This document shows positions 32,413 to 42,281 of a stretch of 64,000 nt of DNA, piece by piece; the stretch's first letter is position 1; the number at the start of each line of letters is the position of its first letter. The DNA comes from an uncultured Pelagibacteraceae bacterium (GTDB lineage: Bacteria > Pseudomonadota > Alphaproteobacteria > Pelagibacterales > Pelagibacteraceae), in assembly GCA_902522955.1 (NCBI GenBank), contig CABYXR010000002.1, positions 16,205-80,204 on the forward strand, read 5' to 3'. Both the position numbers and the translations under genes were made by a program. The notes beneath the pieces were generated by a model, which did not search any database, had not been told where the DNA came from, and worked only from the letters and a program-made list of their open reading frames with translations.

Positions 32413-32973
32413 ATGAGCTCAAGTTTTAACGAGAAAAATTATTCATCAAAAATGAGTAAAAGTATTCAATCTCTTAAAAAAGATATTTCTACTTTGAGGA
32501 CTGGTAGAGCAAATCCTAATATGCTCGATATGATCAAAGTTGAAGTTTACGGTCAAAGTATGCCAATTGAGCAATTAGCTACTGTTAGTGTTCCGGAAGC
32601 AAGATTAATATCAATACAGGTCTGGGACAAAGCAAATATTACACTAATTGACTCTGCCTTGCAAAAATCTGAACTAGGGATTAATCCTCAAATAGATGGT
32701 CAAATCATTAGATTAAGAATCCCAGATTTAACAGAGGAGAGAAGAAAAGAGCTAATAAAGATACTTAAAAATATAGGTGAAAAAGGAAAAGTATCAATTA
32801 GAAACATTAGAAGAGAAGCTAACGATGAACTTAAAAAAAAGTTAAAAGACAAAGAAATAACTGAAGATGAAAGCAGTACCTATGAAAAAAATATACAAAG
32901 ATTAACTGATACAAATATTGAAAATATTGAAAAAATTTTAACTGAAAAAGAAAAAGAGATTTTGCAAATATGA
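32413..32973 (+). CDS. frr: Ribosome recycling factor
   Basis: LRTGRANP, PDLTEERRKEL, IRNIRR. Confidence 0.97.
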   Translation: MSSSFNEKNYSSKMSKSIQSLKKDISTLRTGRANPNMLDMIKVEVYGQSMPIEQLATVSVPEARLISIQVWDKANITLIDSALQKSELGINPQIDGQIIRLRIPDLTEERRKELIKILKNIGEKGKVSIRNIRREANDELKKKLKDKEITEDESSTYEKNIQRLTDTNIENIEKILTEKEKEILQI

Positions 32974-33635
32974 ACAAACTCGACCACGTTGCCTTTATTA
33001 TGGACGGTAATGGAAGGTGGGGAAAAAAAAGAAATAAAGGAAGAAATTTTGGGCATTTAAATGGTGTCAAAACTGTAAAAAAAATTGTACGCACCTCCAT
33101 TAAACTTGGTATACCAATCGTTACTTTTTATGTTTTTTCAACTGAAAACTGGAAAAGACCCAAGTCAGAAATAAATTTTTTGTTTGGACTTATTATAAAT
33201 TATTTTCAGAAAGAAATGAATAATGTAATTTCGAATGGAATTAAGATTAATATAATAGGTAAATTTAATACTCTGCCCTCAAAAATTAAAAAAACTCTAA
33301 AAGAAGTAACTGAATTGACTAAAAAAAATAAAAAAATAATTGTTAATTTAGCAATTAATTATGGGTCAAAAGATGAAATCATTACTGCTACAAAAAAACT
33401 AAAAAAAATAAGCGTGAAATCACTTGAACAAAATCTATTTACAAAGAGTATGCCTAATCCGGATATATTAATTAGAACTGGAGGCCATAAAAGACTAAGT
33501 AATTTTATGTTATGGCAATTAGCTTATGCAGAAATATTTTTCTTAGATAAATTATGGCCCGATTTTAACAATCAAGATTTGAAAAAAATTATTAGAAAAT
33601 TCAAAATGGAAAAAAGAAATTTTGGATCGATTTAA
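32970..33635 (+). CDS. uppS: Undecaprenyl diphosphate synthase
   Basis: HVAFIMDGNGRW, FSTENWKRP, IRTGG..RLSNF.LWQ. Confidence 0.96.
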   Translation: MNKLDHVAFIMDGNGRWGKKRNKGRNFGHLNGVKTVKKIVRTSIKLGIPIVTFYVFSTENWKRPKSEINFLFGLIINYFQKEMNNVISNGIKINIIGKFNTLPSKIKKTLKEVTELTKKNKKIIVNLAINYGSKDEIITATKKLKKISVKSLEQNLFTKSMPNPDILIRTGGHKRLSNFMLWQLAYAEIFFLDKLWPDFNNQDLKKIIRKFKMEKRNFGSI

Positions 33636-34286
33636 ATGCAAAATAATCTTAAAAATAGAATTTATACTTCGTTTGGTTTAATATTTTTATTAATCTTGAT
33701 GTTTTTGAATACGTATGTGCTTGGATATTTTTTAATGATAATTGGAATTTTTTCGATTATAGAGTTTTCAAATATCATTTCGCGATTACGAAAAAATAAA
33801 ATTTATCAAAGCCTTTTTTTTAATCTTCTGTTTTTGATATATATATTTTTAATATTTTCTTCTTTTTTAGTATTATCATTTTTTTCTCACCTAAAAATAT
33901 TACTATTTATAATTTTAATAACTTGTGTTTCTTCAGATATAGGGGGCTATATTTTTGGAAAATTATTTAAGGGCCCGAAGTTAACAAGAATTAGTCCTAA
34001 AAAAACTATATCAGGATCTTTAGGGTCGATGATATTCTCCATGATCTTTTTATCTTTGTTAATATATTATTTCACAAAAAACTTTGAAATTTATATTCTT
34101 TTTGCTGGAATTTCTATATCGATAATTTGTCAATTAGGAGATCTATTCATTTCATTTTTAAAAAGAAAATCAAAAATTAAAGATACAGGTAAAATTTTAC
34201 CTGGTCATGGAGGCATTCTTGATAGAATTGATGGAATAATATTTGGTGTGCCACTTGGTTTTATAATAATGATTTTAATTTATTAA
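33636..34286 (+). CDS. cdsA: Phosphatidate cytidylyltransferase
   Basis: SDIGGY..G, ISPKKT, GDL..S..KR...IKD.G.ILPGHGGILDR.D. Confidence 0.95.
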   Translation: MQNNLKNRIYTSFGLIFLLILMFLNTYVLGYFLMIIGIFSIIEFSNIISRLRKNKIYQSLFFNLLFLIYIFLIFSSFLVLSFFSHLKILLFIILITCVSSDIGGYIFGKLFKGPKLTRISPKKTISGSLGSMIFSMIFLSLLIYYFTKNFEIYILFAGISISIICQLGDLFISFLKRKSKIKDTGKILPGHGGILDRIDGIIFGVPLGFIIMILIY

Positions 34287-34287
34287 T

Positions 34288-35460
34288 ATGCAAAAAAAAA
34301 TATCAATTCTTGGCTCAACAGGTTCTATAGGATTAAGTGTCTTAAAAATTTTAAGTAAAAAAAAAAAATATTTTAAAGTTAACGTTCTAGCAGCTGATAA
34401 AAATTATAAATTAATTTGTAATCAAATAAAAAATCTAAAACCTGACATTTTTTTGATAAATAATCCGTTAATTTATCAAAAAATTAAAAAAAAATTTAAA
34501 AAAAATAAAGTTAAGATTATAAAAGATATTGTTTCTGGAAATAAAAAGTTAAATAAATCTGATATAACAATTTCTGCTATACCAGGCATAGCAGGGCTGA
34601 CTCCAACTCTTCAATTAATTAAAAAAAGTAAAAAAGTTCTTATAGCGAATAAAGAGTCAATAATATGCGGCTGGAATATAATATATAAAACTGCTTTTAA
34701 ATATAATACTAAAATTATTCCAGTAGACTCAGAGCATTTTTCTATAATGAAGTTATTGGAAAATTCCAATGTAAATGATGTTAAAAAAATTTACTTAACT
34801 GCTTCGGGCGGTCCTTTTTTAAATTATAATCTCAAAAAGTTTAAAAATATAAAACCAATTCAAGCCATTAAACATCCTAAGTGGAAAATGGGTAAAAAAA
34901 TATCTATAGACTCAGCCTCAATGATGAACAAGCTCTTAGAGTCAGTAGAAGCTCAAAAATTATTTTCTATTCCTCAAAAAAAAATTAAATTAGTAATTCA
35001 TCCAGAGTCATTAGTTCACGCTGCTGTCGAGTATAAAAATGGATTAATTAAGTTTTTATATCACAAAACCAATATGATTATTCCTCTAGTAAATGCTATA
35101 TTAGAAAAAAAATTTGATATAGACAGCTTTATATCAATTGATAATAAAAAAAAGGATAAACTTTTTTTTAATAAATTGAGTTTTTTTGAAGTAGACAAAA
35201 AACGTTATCCAATTATTAAATTAAAAAATCGTATTGATGAGCATTATTCAACACCCATTATTATTAATGCGGTTAATGAAATATTAGTTGATCAATTTTT
35301 GAAGAAAAAAATACCCTTTAATTCTTTTTATCGCTATATTTCAAAGGTATTGAATGATAGAAATTACAAGAGATTTGCTGTAAAAAAACCAAAAAGCGTA
35401 GGAGAAATACTACAAATCGATCAATGGGCAAGATATACGACTATTAAAAAAATATATTAA
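34288..35460 (+). CDS. dxr: 1-deoxy-D-xylulose 5-phosphate reductoisomerase
   Basis: ILGSTGSIG, ANKES, PVDSEH, LTASGGPF, HPKWKMGKKISIDSA. Confidence 0.96.
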   Translation: MQKKISILGSTGSIGLSVLKILSKKKKYFKVNVLAADKNYKLICNQIKNLKPDIFLINNPLIYQKIKKKFKKNKVKIIKDIVSGNKKLNKSDITISAIPGIAGLTPTLQLIKKSKKVLIANKESIICGWNIIYKTAFKYNTKIIPVDSEHFSIMKLLENSNVNDVKKIYLTASGGPFLNYNLKKFKNIKPIQAIKHPKWKMGKKISIDSASMMNKLLESVEAQKLFSIPQKKIKLVIHPESLVHAAVEYKNGLIKFLYHKTNMIIPLVNAILEKKFDIDSFISIDNKKKDKLFFNKLSFFEVDKKRYPIIKLKNRIDEHYSTPIIINAVNEILVDQFLKKKIPFNSFYRYISKVLNDRNYKRFAVKKPKSVGEILQIDQWARYTTIKKIY

Positions 35461-35461
35461 A

Positions 35462-37693
35462 ATGTACAAAATTTTTTCATTAATAATCGCAACTTTTTTT
35501 TTAATTTCTTACTCTCAAGCCGAAGTAGTTAAGAAGATCGAAATTAATGGTAATCAGAGAGTAAGTGATGCAACTATAAAGATATATGGCGATATTAAAA
35601 TTAATGAAGATTATTCTGAAAAAGATCTTAACAAAATATTAAATAATTTATATTCAACAAATTTTTTTGAAAATATAACAATTAATTTATCTAATAACTT
35701 ATTAAAAATTAACATAGAGGAGTTTCCTACAGTAAGTAAACTTATAATTTTGGGTGAAGAGAAAGAAAGAATTTTAAAACAAATTAAAAAGTTAATGAAG
35801 CTCAAAGAAAACGCTTCTTATTCAAAAAATAAATTAACGGAAGATGTTGATTTAATAAAACAATTATATTCATCTATAGGTTTCAATTTTACTGAAGTTG
35901 AGTCTAAAATAAAAAAAACAAATGAAGGAAACATTGAATTACTAATTGAAATTGATAAGGGAAATTTAGCAAGAATTTCAAAAATAAGTTTTGTTGGTGA
36001 TAAAAGAGTTAGAGAAAAAAGATTAAGAGATATAATTGCTAGTGAAGAACATAAGTTTTATAAGATTATTTCTAAAAACACAAAGTTCAGTCAAAATTTA
36101 ATAAATTTAGACACCAGATTACTTACTAATTATTATAAATCTATTGGTTATTATGATGTTAATGTGACATCGAGCTCAGCAGAAGTAAAAGAAAGTGGGG
36201 ACATAAATTTAGTTTATTCTATTGATGCAGGTACAAGATATATTTTTAAAAAAATTACAACAAATGTAGATCCAGTTTTTGATAAAAATATTTTCTTTCC
36301 TTTAAGACAAGAATATAAAAAAATTATTGGATCTTATTATTCCCCGTTTAAAATAAAAGAATTATTAGAGAGTATCGACGAATTAATTGCAGATAACAAT
36401 TTACAATTTGTTGAGCACAATGTTGAGGAAATAGTTGAAAAAGAAGGTATTAATATTAAATTTAATATTTTTGAGGGAAAAAGAGTATTAGTTGAAAGAA
36501 TTAATATCATCGGCAACAACATTACTAATGAGTCTGTAATTAGAGGTGAACTTGAGATAGATGAGGGTGACCCATATACGAAACTAGGAATAGAAAAAAC
36601 TATTTCGAATTTAAAGTCTAGGAATATTTTTAAAACTGTTGATTATAAAATAAATGATGGTTCTAGTTCAGATTTAAAAATTATTGATATAAAAATAGAG
36701 GAAAAACCAACTGGAGAAATTAGTGCAGGAGCTGGAGTAGGAACAAACGGAAGTGTATTCGCTTTCACTTTAAAAGAAAATAATTATCTTGGTGAAGGAA
36801 ACACAATAGCTTTTGATTTTACCTTAAGTGAAGACTCAATAAAAGGTAGGTTAGATTTTACAAATCCTAATTATGATTTTTTAGGTAACTCACTAAACTA
36901 TTATGTGAGTAGCACAAACAGTGACAAACCTGACCAAGGGTATGAAAACACTATTTCCGGGGCCGGTATAAGTACCTCTTTTGAACAATTTAGAGATATT
37001 TATGCCTCTTTAGGACTAGCCTTTGATCATGATGATTTACAAACTACAGGTGATGCATCAGACTCGTTAAAAAAACAAAGCGGAACTTTTTCTTCTTTAA
37101 CAACAAACTATGGTTTTACTTATGATAAAAGGGACAGAAGATTTATGCCTACAGATGGTTTCATAACATCATTCAACCAGACATTACCTATATACGCAGA
37201 CAAAGCATTTATAGCTAATACTTTCTCTTCAAGTTTATACAACAAATTAAGTGAAAACGTTATTGGTGCAGCAAAATTTTATGCTTCTGCAATTAATGGA
37301 ATCAATAATGATAAAGTAAGAATAAGTAAAAGAAGAAGCTTAAGCACAAGAAGACTTAGAGGTTTCGAGAGTGGAAAAGTTGGTCCAATTGACGGCAGTG
37401 ATCACGTAGGAGGAAATTATGCAGCTGTAATTAATTTAGAAGCTAATATGCCGAATTTACTTCCAGAATCTACAAACACAGATGTAGGGCTCTTTCTAGA
37501 TATGGGAAACGTCTGGGGAGTAGATTATGATGATACATTAGATGATAGTAATAAAATTAGATCATCCACAGGAGTTGCGGCGAGTTGGTTGTCACCGCTA
37601 GGGCCAATGACTTTTATTTTGTCTACGAATATTTCAAAAGCATCATCAGATACTACTGAAAGTTTTAACTTTAATTTAGGGACAACTTTCTAA
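35462..37693 (+). CDS. bamA: Outer membrane protein assembly factor BamA
   Basis: Signal peptide, POTRA repeats (GNQRV), LRGF motif, C-terminal FNFNLGTTF. Confidence 0.94.
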   Translation: MYKIFSLIIATFFLISYSQAEVVKKIEINGNQRVSDATIKIYGDIKINEDYSEKDLNKILNNLYSTNFFENITINLSNNLLKINIEEFPTVSKLIILGEEKERILKQIKKLMKLKENASYSKNKLTEDVDLIKQLYSSIGFNFTEVESKIKKTNEGNIELLIEIDKGNLARISKISFVGDKRVREKRLRDIIASEEHKFYKIISKNTKFSQNLINLDTRLLTNYYKSIGYYDVNVTSSSAEVKESGDINLVYSIDAGTRYIFKKITTNVDPVFDKNIFFPLRQEYKKIIGSYYSPFKIKELLESIDELIADNNLQFVEHNVEEIVEKEGINIKFNIFEGKRVLVERINIIGNNITNESVIRGELEIDEGDPYTKLGIEKTISNLKSRNIFKTVDYKINDGSSSDLKIIDIKIEEKPTGEISAGAGVGTNGSVFAFTLKENNYLGEGNTIAFDFTLSEDSIKGRLDFTNPNYDFLGNSLNYYVSSTNSDKPDQGYENTISGAGISTSFEQFRDIYASLGLAFDHDDLQTTGDASDSLKKQSGTFSSLTTNYGFTYDKRDRRFMPTDGFITSFNQTLPIYADKAFIANTFSSSLYNKLSENVIGAAKFYASAINGINNDKVRISKRRSLSTRRLRGFESGKVGPIDGSDHVGGNYAAVINLEANMPNLLPESTNTDVGLFLDMGNVWGVDYDDTLDDSNKIRSSTGVAASWLSPLGPMTFILSTNISKASSDTTESFNFNLGTTF

Positions 37694-37694
37694 G

Positions 37695-38216
37695 ATGAAA
37701 ATTATAATAAAATTTTTTTATATTTTATTTTTTTTAATATTCACTTCTGTTTCATTTGCAGACTCTACCTATTTTGTTGATTTTAAATTTGTATTAAATC
37801 AAAGTACAGCTGGAAAAGAAGCTCAAAAATATTTAAAAAATAAATTAGACAAAGGCATTAAAAGCCTTCAAACGAAAGAAAAACAAATTCAAGAAGAGGA
37901 AAAAAAGATAATTCAACAAAAAAAAGTTATGTCTGCCGATGATTATAAAAAAAGAGTAACTGATTTAAGATTAAAAGTTTCAAATTTACAAAAAGAAAGA
38001 AATACCTTGATATCAGAAGTGGGAAAGCAAAGAGCAAAAGCTAGACAAGAACTATTAAAAAATTTAAACCCAATAATTAAAGAATACATGGAAAAAAAAA
38101 ACATTAGAATGGTTATAGACAAAAAAAGCATACTTTTGGCTGATGATACTTTAGATATTACAAAAGAAATTGTAAAATTATTAAATGACAAATTAAAGTC
38201 AATTAAATTAAACTAA
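37695..38216 (+). CDS. skp: OmpH/Skp periplasmic chaperone
   Basis: Signal peptide, VD...V...S.AGK, coiled coil, DIT..IV..LN; between bamA and lpxD. Confidence 0.85.
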   Translation: MKIIIKFFYILFFLIFTSVSFADSTYFVDFKFVLNQSTAGKEAQKYLKNKLDKGIKSLQTKEKQIQEEEKKIIQQKKVMSADDYKKRVTDLRLKVSNLQKERNTLISEVGKQRAKARQELLKNLNPIIKEYMEKKNIRMVIDKKSILLADDTLDITKEIVKLLNDKLKSIKLN

Positions 38217-38224
38217 TTAATTTA

Positions 38225-39193
38225 ATGAAATTATCTACTTTTTTTCAAAAGAAAAAATTTTTAACAATTGATAAACTTTTTCCAAATTCTAAATTTTCAA
38301 AGAAAGATAAAATCAATGACATTAAAACTTTAGAGAAATCCAATAAAAATGATTTAACCTTTTTTGACTCAATTAAATATAAACACACTGCATCTACTAC
38401 TAAATCATTGTATTGTATTACCACAACAAAATTAGAAAAGTTTTTACCTAAGAACACAAAAAAAATAATTGTCAAAAACGTTCTTTTTGAATTAGCGAAT
38501 GTTCTTAAGAAATTTTATCCTAATGCAGATATAGATTATCCAGATATAACTTTAAAACTGTATTCAAAATATAAATATAAAGCTGTAAAGTTCTGTAATA
38601 ATGCTTTAATTGGAAAAAATGTTAAAATAGGCAATAATACGAAAATAGGCGCAAATTCTATTGTAGAACATGATGTGATAATTGGTAAAAATTGTGTAAT
38701 AGGATCTAACGTAATTATTAAAAATTCAATAATTGGGAACGATGTGGTGATACAAGATGGTTGTAAAATTGGATTAAAGGGATTTGGTTTTATTCCCTTA
38801 AAAGATAAAAATTTGAAAATGCCTCATGTTGGTAGAGTCTTAATTGATGACAATGTAGAAATAGCTTCAGGCTGCACAATAGACAGAGGTTCAGTTGCTG
38901 ATACCGTAATAGGAAAAAATACATATTTAGATAATCAGGTACATGTTGCCCATAATGTTAAAATTGGATCTAATTGTATGATTGCTGGCCAAGTTGGATT
39001 TGCTGGAAGTTCCACTATTGGAGACAATGTTTCAATTGGAGGTCAAGCAGGCATATCAGGACATTTAAAAATAGGTAATAATGTTAAAATAGGTGGAGGT
39101 AGTGGAGTAATTAAAGATATTGAAGATAATCAAGTGGTAATGGGATATCCTGCAGTTCCATTTAAGGACTTTATAAAAAATTGGAAAAAATAA
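38225..39193 (+). CDS. lpxD: UDP-3-O-(3-hydroxyacyl)glucosamine N-acyltransferase
   Basis: Hexapeptide repeats, [21 protein letters not shown]. Confidence 0.94.
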   Translation: MKLSTFFQKKKFLTIDKLFPNSKFSKKDKINDIKTLEKSNKNDLTFFDSIKYKHTASTTKSLYCITTTKLEKFLPKNTKKIIVKNVLFELANVLKKFYPNADIDYPDITLKLYSKYKYKAVKFCNNALIGKNVKIGNNTKIGANSIVEHDVIIGKNCVIGSNVIIKNSIIGNDVVIQDGCKIGLKGFGFIPLKDKNLKMPHVGRVLIDDNVEIASGCTIDRGSVADTVIGKNTYLDNQVHVAHNVKIGSNCMIAGQVGFAGSSTIGDNVSIGGQAGISGHLKIGNNVKIGGGSGVIKDIEDNQVVMGYPAVPFKDFIKNWKK

Positions 39194-39648
39194 TGAGCGA
39201 AACTGAAATAGATAAAAAGAAAATAGAGAGTTTATTACCTCATAGAGAACCAATGCTTTTAATTGATAAACTTATAAAAATAGTTCCATTAAAATCTGCT
39301 ACTGCAATTATGTATGTAAAAAAAAACGGATTCTATGTTCAAGGACACTTTCCTGGACAACCGGTAATGCCTGGAGTTTTAATAGTTGAGGCTTTTGGTC
39401 AAGCTGCAGCTGCTTTAACTGCTCACGGGATAGATCCAAAAGAATATGCAAATAAATTAGTTTATTTAATGAGCGTAGATAAAGCTAGGTTTAGAAATCC
39501 TATTATTCCTGATTGTGAACTTCATTTAGAGATAGAAGCAGTAAGATCACATGGAAGAGTTTGGAAATATAAAGGTACAGCAAAAGTTGATGAAAAAAGA
39601 ATGGCAGACGCCGAGTGGTCTGCAACAATAGTAGACAGAAAACAATGA
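39193..39648 (+). CDS. fabZ: 3-hydroxyacyl-ACP dehydratase
   Basis: LPHREPMLLID, GHFPGQPVMPGVLIVEA..Q; start placed at ATG 39193. Confidence 0.95.
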   Translation: MSETEIDKKKIESLLPHREPMLLIDKLIKIVPLKSATAIMYVKKNGFYVQGHFPGQPVMPGVLIVEAFGQAAAALTAHGIDPKEYANKLVYLMSVDKARFRNPIIPDCELHLEIEAVRSHGRVWKYKGTAKVDEKRMADAEWSATIVDRKQ

Positions 39649-40424
39649 TACATAAGTCGAGCGTAATAGACTCAAAAGCTAAAATTTCAAATAATGTAAA
39701 AATTGGTCCATTTTGTTATATAGGCCCAAACGTTACTCTTAAGGAAGGCGTTGAGCTGGTTTCTAATGTGCATATAGAGGGAAACACCAACGTAGGAAAA
39801 GGAACTAGAATTTTTCCATTTGCAAGCATTGGTACTCAACCACAAGACTTAAAATTTAAAAATGAGAAAAATAGTTTAGACATAGGTGAAAATAACTTAA
39901 TTCGTGAATATGTAACAATTAACCCAGGTACAGAAGGAGGAGGCTCAAAAACAAAAATAGGTAACAACTGTTTGTTTATGATTTCTTCTCACATAGCTCA
40001 CGATTGTATGATCGGCAATAATGTAATTATAGCTAATAATGTTCCATTAGGGGGACATGTTACTATCGAAGACTCGGTTGTTATTGGAGGTAATTCAGCT
40101 GTTCAACAATTTACCAGAATAGGTAGATTAGCAATGATAGGAGGAATGACAGGTGTCTTAAAGGATGTAATTCCATTCGGTCTATCCATAGGAAATAGAA
40201 ATCACCTTCAAGGATTAAACTTAATAGGATTAAGAAGAAAAAAATATGATAATCAAAAAATTATGGGATTAAGTAAAGCTTACAAAGAAATTTTTGCATC
40301 AAAAAACTTGCATGAAAATTTAAATAAAATAAATGGTGAACACAAAGGCAATGAGCTAGTAAACGAAGTAATAACTTTTATAGAAAAAGATAAAAAAAGA
40401 CCTATTTGTTCACCACAAAGCTAA
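39645..40424 (+). CDS. lpxA: UDP-N-acetylglucosamine O-acyltransferase
   Basis: Hexapeptide repeats, PQDLKF, IREYVTI, SHIAHDC, GHV; start placed at MIHKS (39645). Confidence 0.95.
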   Translation: MIHKSSVIDSKAKISNNVKIGPFCYIGPNVTLKEGVELVSNVHIEGNTNVGKGTRIFPFASIGTQPQDLKFKNEKNSLDIGENNLIREYVTINPGTEGGGSKTKIGNNCLFMISSHIAHDCMIGNNVIIANNVPLGGHVTIEDSVVIGGNSAVQQFTRIGRLAMIGGMTGVLKDVIPFGLSIGNRNHLQGLNLIGLRRKKYDNQKIMGLSKAYKEIFASKNLHENLNKINGEHKGNELVNEVITFIEKDKKRPICSPQS

Positions 40425-40431
40425 GATAATT

Positions 40432-41223
40432 ATGATCGGCCTCATATTTGGAGAAACAGATTTTCCAAAACAAATCTTAAAGAAAATAAAGAATAAAAGA
40501 AGATATTTAATTATTGATTTATCAAAAAATAAAATTTTTAAAAAAGATAGATTTTCTCACTCTGTATCTTTAGGTCAATTTGGAAGGATCATAAAAATTT
40601 TAAAAGAAAATAATTGCAAAAAAGTATTATTTGCTGGAAAAGTAAAAAAACCAAAATTTTCTAAATTGCGCCTAGATTTAAAAGCAGTTTACTACATGCC
40701 TAGAATTATAAAAAGTTCTAAATTAGGTGATGTAGCTATTTTAAAAGAAATAATAAATATTTTAAGAAAAGAAAAGATTAAAACGATTAGTTCTTTAGCA
40801 TTTAATCCTGAATTAACTTTAAAAAAAGGTAATTACACAACAACAAAACCTAACAGAGTAGATAAACTCGATATTAAAAAAGCTATAAAAACTTTAAATC
40901 TGCTAGGTAAATATACTTTTAGTCAAGGAGCAGTTGCTAGAAATAAAAAAGTGATTGCTATTGAAGACAAAGATGGAACTAAAAAAATGCTTAAAAGATG
41001 TAAAAATAAAAGATTTAAAAATCAAGGTGTTTTAGTTAAACTGCCGAAAAAGAAACAGGACCTTAGGATTGATTTGCCTACTGTTGGATTACAAACTTTA
41101 AAACAGTGTAAATCAGCAGGACTTAAAGGAATAGTATTGAAAAGTAGGCAAAACGTTTTTTTAGAAAGAAAAAAATGTATTAGTTTTGCTAATAAGAATA
41201 AAATATTTGTCTTTGTGAAATGA
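40432..41223 (+). CDS. lpxI: UDP-2,3-diacylglucosamine pyrophosphatase LpxI
   Basis: MIGLI.G, FAG.V.KP, Q..V......AIE..DGT, K.PK..QDLRIDLPTVG; follows lpxA. Confidence 0.88.
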   Translation: MIGLIFGETDFPKQILKKIKNKRRYLIIDLSKNKIFKKDRFSHSVSLGQFGRIIKILKENNCKKVLFAGKVKKPKFSKLRLDLKAVYYMPRIIKSSKLGDVAILKEIINILRKEKIKTISSLAFNPELTLKKGNYTTTKPNRVDKLDIKKAIKTLNLLGKYTFSQGAVARNKKVIAIEDKDGTKKMLKRCKNKRFKNQGVLVKLPKKKQDLRIDLPTVGLQTLKQCKSAGLKGIVLKSRQNVFLERKKCISFANKNKIFVFVK

Positions 41224-42281
41224 AAAAACTAATTTTTATTTTATTTTTTTTTGGTTTTTCTAATTTATATGCTTCGGAAATTAAATTAGAAAAAATTTTT
41301 GATGGTTTAAAAAAACCATGGAGTTTCTCTTTTATTGATCAACAAAATGTTATGATTACCGAGAAATCAGGAAAATTATTTACTTTAAGTTTAACAGATA
41401 AAAAAATTTTAGAAATAAAACACAATCTCTCAGTCCTAGAAGATGGACAAGGGGGATTACTTGACGTGTTATACGATAAAGAACAAGTTTATATTTCGTA
41501 TTCTGAAAATAGAGGCAATAGGAGCTCTAGCACGTCAGTTGCAAAAGGTAAATTTAATCAAAAAAATATCGAATTTAAAAATATTTTTAGAGCAGAACCT
41601 CCGATTGACTCAGGGTATCACTTTGGATCAAGATTAGTAATTAAGAATAATCATTTATACATAACTGCTGGCGAACGCGGTCAAGGAATGATAGCTCAAG
41701 ATACTAGTAAACATCCTGGAAGTATAATTAGAATTAATTTGGATGGTTCTATTCCAAAAGATAATCCAAAATTTAAAGGTAAAAAAGATTGGTTACCTGA
41801 AATTTTTCAAATAGGAGTAAGAAATCCTCAAGGCTTAGCTCTCTCTCCGTTTGATAATAAAATATATATGACAAATCATGGAGCTAAAGGTGGAGATTGG
41901 TTTGGTACAGCAAATTTTGGAGAAAATTATGGATGGAAAATATTGGGTTGGGGGGGAACTAATTATTCTGGGACTAAAATAGGTCCCAAATGGAAACCTG
42001 GTTTTACAAAAGCAATTAAATATTGGGTTCCGTCAATAGCTGTAAGTGCAATGACAATCTATAAAGGTGAAACTTTTAAAGAATGGAATGGAGATGCATT
42101 AATTACTTCTCTTAAAGATCAATCTTTAAGGAAATTGGAATTTAATAACAATAAGTTTATCAGAGAGGAAATTATTTTTAAAGGAAAGATAGGCAGAATA
42201 AGAGATATCAAAATAGAAAAGAGAACGGGGGATCTTTTTATGATTTCGGATAATGGAATTTTATGGAGAATGTATAAATGA
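41220..42281 (+). CDS. PQQ-dependent glucose/sorbosone (aldose sugar) dehydrogenase family protein, secreted
   Basis: Signal peptide; PW, GQGGLLDV, HFGSRL, GERG, G.RNPQG, G.NYGW, GRIRD motifs of the GSDH/YliI beta-propeller family. Confidence 0.88.
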   Translation: MKKLIFILFFFGFSNLYASEIKLEKIFDGLKKPWSFSFIDQQNVMITEKSGKLFTLSLTDKKILEIKHNLSVLEDGQGGLLDVLYDKEQVYISYSENRGNRSSSTSVAKGKFNQKNIEFKNIFRAEPPIDSGYHFGSRLVIKNNHLYITAGERGQGMIAQDTSKHPGSIIRINLDGSIPKDNPKFKGKKDWLPEIFQIGVRNPQGLALSPFDNKIYMTNHGAKGGDWFGTANFGENYGWKILGWGGTNYSGTKIGPKWKPGFTKAIKYWVPSIAVSAMTIYKGETFKEWNGDALITSLKDQSLRKLEFNNNKFIREEIIFKGKIGRIRDIKIEKRTGDLFMISDNGILWRMYK

